DNA of 46,544 nucleotides from a virus (Duplodnaviria; Heunggongvirae; Uroviricota; Caudoviricetes): IMG/VR virus record IMGVR_UViG_2851955134_000005; one strand, 5' to 3'. Shown piece by piece: positions 9,034 to 17,184 of this stretch (position 1 is its first letter; each line of letters starts with the position of its first letter). The notes under the pieces were generated by a model. It saw only the letters and a program-made list of their open reading frames with translations, ran no database searches and was not told where the DNA came from. The position numbers and the translations under genes were made by a program.

Positions 9034-9058
9034 AGCGTCCTATAGGGCGCTTTTTTTG
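9034..9058 (+). terminator. rho-independent terminator for the 8352-8855 gene
   Basis: AGCGTCC-tata-GGGCGCT (one G-U pair) followed by seven T. Confidence 0.5.
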
Positions 9059-9140
9059 TTGCTAACGAATCATCCTGGACTTCATATGCCCCAGGCGGCT
9101 ACTTCGTGGGCGTCCTGCCTGTTCGTTATCTTTGATATAA

Positions 9141-9169
9141 AATCTAACTTAACTTAGTTTTGATGGCAA
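9141..9169 (-). promoter_or_regulatory. candidate pL with overlapping operator
   Basis: Minus strand reads TTGCCA, 17 nt, TAGATT; spacer contains CTAACTTAACTTAG, similar to the oR palindrome. Confidence 0.35.
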
Positions 9170-9222
9170 GAGAAAACACCAAACTTTTCTTAGTTCGGTG
9201 TTTTGGTTAGAGAAAAGGGGGG

Positions 9223-9849
9223 CTAGAGTTCGTATTGAACTCCTTTGACTACACCAATGATGAGGCAATTACCATTGATCGGGATGTTGGGGTACCGGGG
9301 ATTTAATGGCACTAAAAACTTTTGAGGGCCATCGATAACTAATTTTTTTACTGTGGCTTCGTTTGTTCCATCAAGTCTAGCGATGACTATTTTTCCATGC
9401 CGGGGTTCTGCATCAGGATCTACAATCACTGTTGCGCCTTCTGGTATTGTTGGGAGGCCGTTAGGGTTAGTCATGGAGTCGCCTTTAACCTCCAATGCAA
9501 ATGAGTTATCACCAATCTTTAATGATGTATCTACCCACTTGTCTACTTCACTAAACACTTCTGCTGTCCTGCACTCAGTAAACTGCCCAGCCTGAACCCA
9601 CGAGATTACAGGAACTCTGCGCATGTTTGTGACGAGTTTGCCTTCAAACTCCGCACCATAAAGAATGTAATCTATTGACGTATTGAAGAACTTCGCTAAT
9701 TTTGAAAGTGCTTCCCCACCAGGGACATTGATGTCTTTCTCCCAGTACCCCACAGCAACGTCACTTACTCCACAAAATTTACCCAATTCTTTCTGGGACG
9801 TTCTGGTAACTCTTCTCAGAGCTTTTATACGCTGACCAACCGTTTCCAT
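9223..9849 (-). CDS. CI-like repressor (HTH plus S24 LexA-type peptidase domain)
   Basis: N-terminal HTH (QKELGKFCGVSDVAVGYWE) and C-terminal S24 signatures (GDSM ... K). Confidence 0.85.
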   Translation of the reverse strand: METVGQRIKALRRVTRTSQKELGKFCGVSDVAVGYWEKDINVPGGEALSKLAKFFNTSIDYILYGAEFEGKLVTNMRRVPVISWVQAGQFTECRTAEVFSEVDKWVDTSLKIGDNSFALEVKGDSMTNPNGLPTIPEGATVIVDPDAEPRHGKIVIARLDGTNEATVKKLVIDGPQKFLVPLNPRYPNIPINGNCLIIGVVKGVQYEL

Positions 9850-9870
9850 AGGAGCACCATTTCTTTAATT

Positions 9871-9886
9871 ACTAAGTAATCTTAGT
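9871..9886. promoter_or_regulatory. operator palindrome in the cI-cro intergenic region
   Basis: Perfect 16-bp palindrome ACTAAGTAATCTTAGT; nearby TTGACC (9892-9897) could be the -35 of pR. Confidence 0.45.
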
Positions 9887-9946
9887 TTTTATTGACCTAA
9901 GATAGATTGATAATTAACATCTAATAAAACTTAGTTTGGAGGGCAT

Positions 9947-10147
9947 ATGACGACTGACGATATCGAAAGCTACTTCGGCAGCATTGAGAAAGTTGCTGCT
10001 TTTTTCGGCATAACAACTGAAGCCGTTTATCAGTGGCGAAACCGTCCTGGCCAGTTAATTCCAAAAGGACGTGCAGCAGAGGCTGCATATAGAACTTGCG
10101 GACGGTTGCCATTTAAACCTGAGCTTTATGAAAAATCTAATGGATAA
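9947..10147 (+). CDS. Cro-like repressor (66 aa)
   Basis: GGAGGG RBS; divergent from cI; HTH segment FFGITTEAVYQWR. Confidence 0.7.
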   Translation: MTTDDIESYFGSIEKVAAFFGITTEAVYQWRNRPGQLIPKGRAAEAAYRTCGRLPFKPELYEKSNG

Positions 10148-10769
10148 ATCGATTTACAGAAACCACAGATATGAGGGCTTAAACGTGGGTAAAGAACCTG
10201 AATGGAAAGTTGATAAGCAACCAGCATGGCTGGTGGCAGCAATACGAAGAACGATTGCTGATTTACCTCATGGCTATGAGGAAGCAGCAGAAATTCTTGG
10301 TTTGTATAAATCTGATGATATCACCCCAGCAAAAGATCAATTGCATAACAGACTGCGTAGCGGTGGGGATCAAATTTTTCCACTTGAGTGGGCCATGGTT
10401 TTACAGGATGCCAGTGGTACCAGGCATGTAACGGATGCAATAGCCCGTCGTAGTAATGGGGTGTTTGTGCCGCTGGTGGTCATTGATGACATTGACAATG
10501 GTGACATTAATCAGCGGCTGATGGAGTCAATAGAATGGATTGGCAAGCATTCCCAGTACTTACGCAAGGCAACTGCTGATGGAGTTATTGACCAAGCTGA
10601 GCGTGAGCAAATCGAAGAGAACAGCTACCAAGTAATGGCGAAGTGGCAGGAGCATTTAACACTGTTATTTCGTGTTTTTTGTGCGCCGGAAAAGAGTAAC
10701 GCCCGCGAGTGTGCAGCTCCGGGCGTCGTGGCGTCGATTGCTTCTGGTTGTGGAGAAACTAACGCATGA
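10128..10769 (+). CDS. hypothetical early regulator in the cII position (possibly YdaT-like)
   Basis: Start overlaps cro stop; family assignment uncertain. Confidence 0.45.
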   Translation: MKNLMDKSIYRNHRYEGLNVGKEPEWKVDKQPAWLVAAIRRTIADLPHGYEEAAEILGLYKSDDITPAKDQLHNRLRSGGDQIFPLEWAMVLQDASGTRHVTDAIARRSNGVFVPLVVIDDIDNGDINQRLMESIEWIGKHSQYLRKATADGVIDQAEREQIEENSYQVMAKWQEHLTLLFRVFCAPEKSNARECAAPGVVASIASGCGETNA

Positions 10770-11104
10770 ACAGTTTAACAACACACTACCGTCGCTCGCA
10801 ACTGATTGCGCTTCCTGTACCGGGTGGAAAAGCGAAGGTGGAGTATTGCTATGCAGTGAATGTACCAGGTGACAGGGAAATTGTAACCCACAGCTTTGCA
10901 GAGTGGGCTGTGGGTGATTTCAACCGGCAGAAGGAGACAGTCCTTTGCGACAAGTTAACCGCTGGTTCAAAGATCACTACGGAGTGCCCGTCAGAGTCAT
11001 TCGTTGGGAGCCGGAAACACAACGGGTTATCTACCTCCGTGAAGGCTATGAACATGAGTGCTTCAGCCCGCTCGAACAGTTTCGTCGTAAATTCAGGGAA
11101 ATAG
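10766..11104 (+). CDS. hypothetical protein (frame A of an ambiguous region)
   Basis: ATGA overlap with the upstream stop; fully overlapped by another ORF in a different frame. Confidence 0.3.
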   Translation: MNSLTTHYRRSQLIALPVPGGKAKVEYCYAVNVPGDREIVTHSFAEWAVGDFNRQKETVLCDKLTAGSKITTECPSESFVGSRKHNGLSTSVKAMNMSASARSNSFVVNSGK

Positions 11105-11157
11105 AGGTCGGTCATGAGCCTGTTAATGACATCCCAGCCCATTGTGATAAATCGTGA
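10945..11157 (+). CDS. hypothetical 70-aa protein (frame B; TTG start with AAGGAG RBS)
   Basis: Strong RBS 8 nt upstream of TTG; protein-like translation [35 protein letters not shown]. Confidence 0.35.
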   Translation: MRQVNRWFKDHYGVPVRVIRWEPETQRVIYLREGYEHECFSPLEQFRRKFREIEVGHEPVNDIPAHCDKS

Positions 11158-12106
11158 TCTTGCATGCCGTATTGGTCTGAATGAGGCAATTGTGTTGCAG
11201 CAGCTTCATTACTGGCTGAATGAAACGAATTCAGGCACTGAGCATGGCGGAATTCGCTGGGTTTATAACACGACAGAACAGTGGCTGGAGCAGTTTCCGT
11301 TCTGGTCAGAGTCCACTCTGAAACGCACATTTGCAAGCCTGAAATCACTTGGGGTTTTGCGTCGCGAGCAACTCAATAAATCGAAGCGTGACATGACCAA
11401 CTTCTACACGATCAACTATGAAAGTGAGCTTTTAGAAGAGGTCAAAGTGAACGAATCCATCAGGTCAAAATGCACTTCTCCATCGGGTCAAAGTGACCTG
11501 ATGGATGGGCGCAAAATGACACGATCCATTGGTTCAAAACGACACGCTGTCATCGGGTCAAAATGGCCCAATGATCTTACAGAGAATACAACAGAGATTA
11601 CTACAGAGAATAAAACCTCTTCTCGTCCGGACGCTTCGCAACCGGACACGCAAACGGCTGAACAGGAGTTTTTAACTCGCCATCCTGATGCGGTTGTATT
11701 CAGCCCTAAAAAGCGCCAGTGGGGAACGCAGGATGATTTGACCTGCGCACAGTGGCTCTGGAAAAAAATCATCGCCCTGTACGAGCAGGCTGCCGAATGT
11801 GACGGCGAGGTGGTTCGTCCCAAAGAACCGAACTGGACAGCCTGGGCAAACGAAATTCGCCTGATGTGTGTGCAGGATGGTCGTACTCACAAACAAATCT
11901 GCGAGATGTACAGCCGCGTCAGCCGCGATCCGTTCTGGTGCCGTAACGTGCTCAGCCCGTCGAAGCTGCGGGAAAAATGGGATGAGCTTTCCCTGCGCTT
12001 ATCGCCGTCCGTCAGCACGTACACCGAAAAACGCGAAGACCCGTACTTCAAATCCAGTTACGACAACGTGGACTACAGCCAGATCCCGGCAGGATTCAGG
12101 GGGTGA
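11114..12106 (+). CDS. replication initiation protein (lambda O-like), origin iterons inside the gene
   Basis: Position after cro/cII; N-terminal DNA-binding region; iteron array within the coding sequence as in lambda O. Confidence 0.6.
   Translation: MSLLMTSQPIVINRDLACRIGLNEAIVLQQLHYWLNETNSGTEHGGIRWVYNTTEQWLEQFPFWSESTLKRTFASLKSLGVLRREQLNKSKRDMTNFYTINYESELLEEVKVNESIRSKCTSPSGQSDLMDGRKMTRSIGSKRHAVIGSKWPNDLTENTTEITTENKTSSRPDASQPDTQTAEQEFLTRHPDAVVFSPKKRQWGTQDDLTCAQWLWKKIIALYEQAAECDGEVVRPKEPNWTAWANEIRLMCVQDGRTHKQICEMYSRVSRDPFWCRNVLSPSKLREKWDELSLRLSPSVSTYTEKREDPYFKSSYDNVDYSQIPAGFRG
11439..11578 (+). repeat. origin iterons, five copies of GGTCAAARTG-like repeat
   Basis: Copies at about 11441, 11463, 11486, 11532 (variant) and 11566; first three spaced about 22 bp. 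Confidence 0.5.
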
Positions 12107-12597
12107 TCATGAGTCTTTTGAATGACGTTCAGAAATTCATTGAAGCCCATCCGGGGTGTACTTCCGGAGACATTGCGGATGCTTTTGCAGGTTACTCACG
12201 GCAGCGCGTACTGCAGTCAGCAAGCAAGTTACGTCAGAGTGGGCCTGTGGCTCACCGTTGTGAAGGGGATACACGCAGACATTTCCCGCGCCTGACTGAG
12301 AGAGCGCGGGAGGCGGAACCGCAACCAGTTCGTGAAACTAGACCTGTGCGCAATTTCTATGTCGGCACTAACGACCCGCGGGAGATTTTGTGCCTGACCC
12401 GCCAGGCTGAAGAACTGGAGTCCAGGGGCTTATACCGTCGTGCTGCAACGGTGTGGATGGCGGCATTCCGTGAAAGCCATTCCCAGCCAGAACGAAACAA
12501 TTTTCTGGCGCGTCGTGAGCAGTGTTTACGGAAAAGCAGCAAGCGCGCTGTATCGAGTGATGAGTGGTATCTGTCAGGGAATTACGTGGGGGCGTAA
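12103..12597 (+). CDS. hypothetical regulator, possibly PerC-like (164 aa)
   Basis: Segment RQAEELESRGLYRRAATVWMAAF recalls the PerC family; weak. Confidence 0.35.
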   Translation: MIMSLLNDVQKFIEAHPGCTSGDIADAFAGYSRQRVLQSASKLRQSGPVAHRCEGDTRRHFPRLTERAREAEPQPVRETRPVRNFYVGTNDPREILCLTRQAEELESRGLYRRAATVWMAAFRESHSQPERNNFLARREQCLRKSSKRAVSSDEWYLSGNYVGA

Positions 12598-12923
12598 TGA
12601 CGACGTTAACTCAATGCCAGCAGCAGGTGCTGGATATGCTGATTTCTTACCAGAAAGAACGTGGCTTCCCGCCAACCAATCAGGAGGTGGCAACCATGCT
12701 GGGATACCGTTCGGTGAATGCAGCGGTGGAGCATCTTCGCGCACTGGAGAAAAAAGGCGTCATCACGATAAAGCGTGGCGTGGCCCGGGGGATAAAGCTT
12801 CATACCGCGGTGAAGGACGACGACAGCGAGGCGGTCGGGATTATCCGCTCACTGCTTGCCGGTGAGGAAAACGCAAGGCTGCGTGCAACCCACTGGTTAC
12901 ATGAGAGGAGCCTGAAAGTATGA
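12597..12923 (+). CDS. LexA DNA-binding-domain-only protein (108 aa, no S24 protease domain)
   Basis: MTTLTQCQQQVLDMLISYQKERGFPPTNQEVATMLGYRSVNAAVEHLRALEKKGVI parallels E. coli LexA N-terminus [56 protein letters not shown]; TAATG coupling to upstream gene. Confidence 0.6.
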   Translation: MTTLTQCQQQVLDMLISYQKERGFPPTNQEVATMLGYRSVNAAVEHLRALEKKGVITIKRGVARGIKLHTAVKDDDSEAVGIIRSLLAGEENARLRATHWLHERSLKV

Positions 12924-13309
12924 AGCTGATCCTGCCTTTTCCGCCCAGCGTGAACACGTACTGGCGACACCCCAACAAAGGGGCGTTTGCTGGTAAGAGC
13001 CTGATAAGCGCGGCGGGGCGAAAATTCCAGAGCGCGGCGTGCGCAGCAATAGTTGAGCAGTTACGTCGTCTGCCGAAACCAACGTCGGCACCTGCTTCAG
13101 TGGAGATCGTGTTGTTTCCTCCGGATAACCGGATCCGCGATCTGGACAACTATAACAAGGCGCTGTTTGACGCCCTGACCCACGCGGGTGTGTGGGAAGA
13201 CGACAGTCAGGTGAAAAGAATGCTGGTGGAGTGGGGACCGGTTATCCCGAAAGGGAAGGTCGAGATCACTATCAGTAAGTACGAGAAACCGGCGGGTGCA
13301 GCCGCCTGA
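12920..13309 (+). CDS. rusA: RusA Holliday junction resolvase
   Basis: Motif DLDNYNKALFDALTHAGVWEDDSQV matches RusA DLDN...FDALT.AG.W.DD.QV. Confidence 0.8.
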   Translation: MKLILPFPPSVNTYWRHPNKGAFAGKSLISAAGRKFQSAACAAIVEQLRRLPKPTSAPASVEIVLFPPDNRIRDLDNYNKALFDALTHAGVWEDDSQVKRMLVEWGPVIPKGKVEITISKYEKPAGAAA

Positions 13310-13328
13310 TTAAGAGGAGAAACGAAGT

Positions 13329-14138
13329 ATGAATAATCTGATGGTCATTGATGGTATTGAAGTTCGTCGTGATGCTTATGGGCGTTACAGCCTGAACGAT
13401 CTGCATCGCGCAGCAGTAGCATCTGGTGCAAATGCCAGAACCAAGGAGCCAGGAAAGTTTCTTTCCAGCCAACAAACTGTTGAGCTTGTTCATGAATTGA
13501 CCAACACCCAGAATTTGGGTGTTGACCCGGTGAGTGTGATTCATGGGGGAAATGAACGGGGAACGTATGTCTGCAAGGAACTGGTGTATGCCTATGCAAT
13601 GTGGATCAGCCCGTCATTCCATCTGAAGGTGATCCGTACTTTCGATATGGTAACCAGCGCACCGGAAAAATTATCCGGACAGGCTGCTGACAAGATGCAG
13701 GCTGGCGTGATCCTGCTGGACTTTATGCGCCGGGAGTTAAACCTGTCTAACTCTTCAGTGCTTGGTGCCTGTCAGAAACTCCAGGAGGCTGTTGGCTTAC
13801 CGAATCTGGCACCGCGCTATGCCATTGATGCTCCTGCTGATGCACACGATGGCTCAAGTCGCCCGACACTGTCACTGAGTGCACTGCTGAAACAGTATGG
13901 TATACGCCTGACGGCTAATCAGGCATATCACCAGATGGTGAAACTGGGGATCGTCGAGCAGCGCGAACGATACAGCCGTACCGCGATTAACAACATCAAA
14001 AGATTCTGGTCGCTGACAGCGAAAGGCTGCATGTTCGGCAAGAACATCACCAGTCCCGCAAATCCGCGCGAGACGCAGCCGCATTTCTTCGAATCCCGAT
14101 TCCCTGAGCTGTTAAAGCTGCTCGATACCGTTCATTGA
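13329..14138 (+). CDS. KilA-N domain protein
   Basis: N-terminal region (IDGIEVRRDAYGRYSLNDLHRA) typical of KilA-N DNA-binding domains. Confidence 0.55.
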   Translation: MNNLMVIDGIEVRRDAYGRYSLNDLHRAAVASGANARTKEPGKFLSSQQTVELVHELTNTQNLGVDPVSVIHGGNERGTYVCKELVYAYAMWISPSFHLKVIRTFDMVTSAPEKLSGQAADKMQAGVILLDFMRRELNLSNSSVLGACQKLQEAVGLPNLAPRYAIDAPADAHDGSSRPTLSLSALLKQYGIRLTANQAYHQMVKLGIVEQRERYSRTAINNIKRFWSLTAKGCMFGKNITSPANPRETQPHFFESRFPELLKLLDTVH

Positions 14139-14139
14139 G

Positions 14140-15135
14140 GTGACCGTGAGAGCACTACTGACCCCTGAAATTGCCCCGCGTATGGGGATCGTATTGTTCA
14201 GGCCAGGTTCAGAGCTGATGCCCCTGTTTATGCAGGGGCGTGTCCTGCTGGAGCCTGAGCCGGAGCGTTATTCATCTTTCGCCAGTGGTGCCGTTCCGGC
14301 GGCATCACAACCGCTGGCGGATGATCCTGCCGTTCGGGCCGTGTTCCGCAATGAGGCAGTGATCCGTCGTGCTGGTGGCGTGGAATGTCTTGAAAGCTGG
14401 TTACTTCGTGAAAAAGGCTGCCAGTGGCCTCATTCCGACTGGCACAGCGAGAACATGACCACAATGCGACACGCTCCGGGTGCAATCCGTCTGTGCTGGC
14501 ACTGCGATAACCAGCTGCGCGATCAGTTCACGGAACGGCTGGAATCAATGGCAACGGATAACTGTGCCCGCTGGATGTTGTCTGTTGTGCGTCGGGATCT
14601 CGGTTTTGATGACAGTCACGTTGTGACAATGCCGGAACTGTGCTGGTGGCTGATTCGTAATGACCTGGCGGATGCCTTACCGGAAAGTGCAGCCCGTAAG
14701 GCACTGAGATTACCGAAGCCTGTTGTGCCGTCTGTCACCCGGGAAAGTGACCTTGTGCCTTCGGTTCCTGCCACCAGCATCATCCAGGATAAGGCGAAAA
14801 AGGTGCTGGCGCTGAAAGTGGATCCGGAGTCGCCGGAGTCTTTTATGTTACGCCCAAAACGTCGCCGCTGGGTTAATGAAAAGTACACGCGCTGGGTTAA
14901 GACACAGCCGTGTGCATGTTGTGGAAAGCCCGCTGATGATCCCCACCACCTGATAGGTCACGGTCAGGGTGGAATGGGAACAAAAGCGCATGACCTTTTT
15001 GTGTTGCCTTTGTGCAGAAAGCATCACGACGAGCTGCATGCGGATACCGTGGCATTTGAAGAGAAGTATGGCTCTCAGCTGGAGCTGATATTTCGTTTTA
15101 TCGATCGTGCGCTGGCAATTGGCGTATTGGCGTAA
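14140..15135 (+). CDS. DUF968 protein with C-terminal HNH-like zinc motif
   Basis: C-terminus CACCGKPADDPHHL...CRKHHDELH. Confidence 0.6.
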   Translation: MTVRALLTPEIAPRMGIVLFRPGSELMPLFMQGRVLLEPEPERYSSFASGAVPAASQPLADDPAVRAVFRNEAVIRRAGGVECLESWLLREKGCQWPHSDWHSENMTTMRHAPGAIRLCWHCDNQLRDQFTERLESMATDNCARWMLSVVRRDLGFDDSHVVTMPELCWWLIRNDLADALPESAARKALRLPKPVVPSVTRESDLVPSVPATSIIQDKAKKVLALKVDPESPESFMLRPKRRRWVNEKYTRWVKTQPCACCGKPADDPHHLIGHGQGGMGTKAHDLFVLPLCRKHHDELHADTVAFEEKYGSQLELIFRFIDRALAIGVLA

Positions 15136-15148
15136 GTGGAGAACGAGC

Positions 15149-15901
15149 ATGAACCTTGAAGCCTTACCAAAATATTACTCCCCAAAATCTCCAAAATTGA
15201 GCGATGACGCACCGGCGACAGGCTCAGGTGGTTTAACGATTACGGATGTGATGGCTGCGCAGGGGATGGTGCAGTCGAAAGCACCGCTTGGGTTTGCCTT
15301 ATTCCTGGCAAAAGTTGGTGTTCAGGATCCTCAATTTGCGATTGAAGGTCTGCTCAATTACGCGATGGCACTGGATAACCCGACATTGAACAAATTGAGT
15401 GAAGAAACCCGGTTACAGATCATCCCTTACCTTGTGAATTTTGCCTTTGCTGATTATTCCAGGTCTGCGGCAAGTAAGGCTCGCTGTGAGCATTGTGCTG
15501 GTACTGGATTTCATAATGTATTGCGCGAAGTGGTGAAACACTCCAGAAGCGGGGAATCTGTTATCAAGGAAGAGTGGGTGAAGGAACTATGTCAGCATTG
15601 TCATGGTAAGGGAGAAGTCAGCACAGCGTGCAGAGGGTGTAAGGGTAAAGGTATTGTCCTGGATGAAAAAAGGACCCGGCTTCATGGCACGCCTGTTTAT
15701 AAGATTTGTGGGCGTTGCAATGGAAACCGGTTTAGCCGTTTACCAACCACACTGGCGCGGCATCATGTCCAGAAGCTGGTACCAGACCTGACGGATTATC
15801 AGTGGTACAAAGGATATGCAGATGTCATTGATAAACTGGTTACAAAGTGCTGGCAGGAAGAAGCATATGCAGAGATACAATTGAGAAATGTGACAAGATA
15901 A
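15149..15901 (+). CDS. late antiterminator Q-like protein (zinc finger CxxC...CxxC)
   Basis: Position before the lysis genes; Cys clusters CEHCAGTG and CQHCHGKG; pR'/tR'-like signals directly downstream. Confidence 0.65.
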   Translation: MNLEALPKYYSPKSPKLSDDAPATGSGGLTITDVMAAQGMVQSKAPLGFALFLAKVGVQDPQFAIEGLLNYAMALDNPTLNKLSEETRLQIIPYLVNFAFADYSRSAASKARCEHCAGTGFHNVLREVVKHSRSGESVIKEEWVKELCQHCHGKGEVSTACRGCKGKGIVLDEKRTRLHGTPVYKICGRCNGNRFSRLPTTLARHHVQKLVPDLTDYQWYKGYADVIDKLVTKCWQEEAYAEIQLRNVTR

Positions 15902-15932
15902 ATGGTTTTCGCCGAAGATGACGACATGATGC

Positions 15933-15961
15933 TTGCATTTTTCAAAAAATATGGATAAGAT
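15933..15961 (+). promoter_or_regulatory. candidate late promoter pR'
   Basis: TTGCAT, 17 nt, TAAGAT, about 50 nt upstream of the terminator. Confidence 0.4.
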
Positions 15962-16007
15962 TTTCCCAACGATGGGCTTTGTATGTCTACCGTTGATAAG
16001 ATTTAAG

Positions 16008-16033
16008 AACCCGCCACTGAGCGGGTTTTTTTG
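16008..16033 (+). terminator. tR'-like rho-independent terminator (copy 1)
   Basis: ACCCGC-cactga-GCGGGT followed by T-run; identical copy at 16684-16710. Confidence 0.7.
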
Positions 16034-16181
16034 TGCCAGATGTCTCATGAAACTATGAAATGGATTGGTGCGTTAAACATTTTTTCTTATTATCTTTTAG
16101 ATTTTGGAGAGATGGTTAACGTCTGTATTCCAGAAACTCGATGATTATTTAATAAATTAGTTTCAATGATGCTTCTAGGTT

Positions 16182-16607
16182 ATGACTGTAATGAAAAAGG
16201 TATTAATAGCAGCGATAGGTTTTTGTTTAGTTGGTTGTGCAGGTATGAAATTACCTGAGTATTCGCAAGTTAAAGCAAGTCCGTATTATACAGATTGCCG
16301 TGCGTTTGCCATGGATGTTTATAAAAATGATGGATACAGCAAAATTGCGAAAACTACTATCCTTAGCATGGATGATGTGAAGGCTAGATATATTGTGACA
16401 GGGTGTGTAGTTGCTATGGGGAAAAACACTGTAGAGGAAATCAAAGCTGATCTCTCTGCTAAAGGGAGTTCTTTTGGGCTTATCAGTGGAGCTTGTTCTA
16501 GTGCGGCATGTCGGGTTGATGTAGAGCAGCAAATGAACGCTTATGTACTTGGTAGTTATTATGCTGCAAATAAAAAATTCCCGGATAAAATGAAAGCAGA
16601 GTTTTAA
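16182..16607 (+). CDS. lipoprotein moron (141 aa)
   Basis: Signal peptide with lipobox LVGC; AT-rich cassette between duplicated terminators. Confidence 0.6.
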   Translation: MTVMKKVLIAAIGFCLVGCAGMKLPEYSQVKASPYYTDCRAFAMDVYKNDGYSKIAKTTILSMDDVKARYIVTGCVVAMGKNTVEEIKADLSAKGSSFGLISGACSSAACRVDVEQQMNAYVLGSYYAANKKFPDKMKAEF

Positions 16608-16683
16608 GTAAACCTTGTTTTCGATTATATGTCGAAGATAAATGTTAGTAACGGCATAATAAGTAAATATATAGCTGTGATAG

Positions 16684-16710
16684 CAACCCGCCACTGAGCG
16701 GGTTTTTTGT
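16684..16710 (+). terminator. rho-independent terminator (copy 2, identical hairpin to 16008-16033)
   Basis: AACCCGCCACTGAGCGGGTTTTTT repeated verbatim. Confidence 0.7.
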
Positions 16711-16830
16711 ACCTGTAAACTTGGTGCAGTACAGTAAACACGCTGGTGGTCGTGAATACTGACTTTTTATCTTGCTGGCTTTTTAGACAAGAGTTATTGG
16801 TATGTCATGTTAACCAGAAGGGAAAAAGAC

Positions 16831-17034
16831 ATGATAAAACAGCAAGATATGACAGAAACCGCCGCCGCAGTCCTTCATTTCTTACCTGCTGACAAGTGGG
16901 TAACGCCACGCATGATGACGAGAACTACCGGAGTAAGCGAAGCCCAGTGCCAGTTAATACTGACTCAGTTAGTTCTGGCGGGTCTGGCGAAGGATAACGG
17001 CGGGTACGGGAATAAATTCAGACGCTGCCAGTAA
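16831..17034 (+). CDS. hypothetical small protein (67 aa)
   Basis: Internal Met start MIKQQDMTE; no recognisable family. Confidence 0.35.
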   Translation: MIKQQDMTETAAAVLHFLPADKWVTPRMMTRTTGVSEAQCQLILTQLVLAGLAKDNGGYGNKFRRCQ

Positions 17035-17184
17035 TGGCGGTTTCCTGCTGTGAAAATGGGCGGCTGGTGGGTGTTGGTAGCACCTGCCAGCCATTCGCTC
17101 ATGCTTACTGGTCACAAGCGAACCACGGCCCACTGCTTTAGCGCAAAAGCAGAGTGAGCCTACCAGAGTTACGCTTACTGATCC

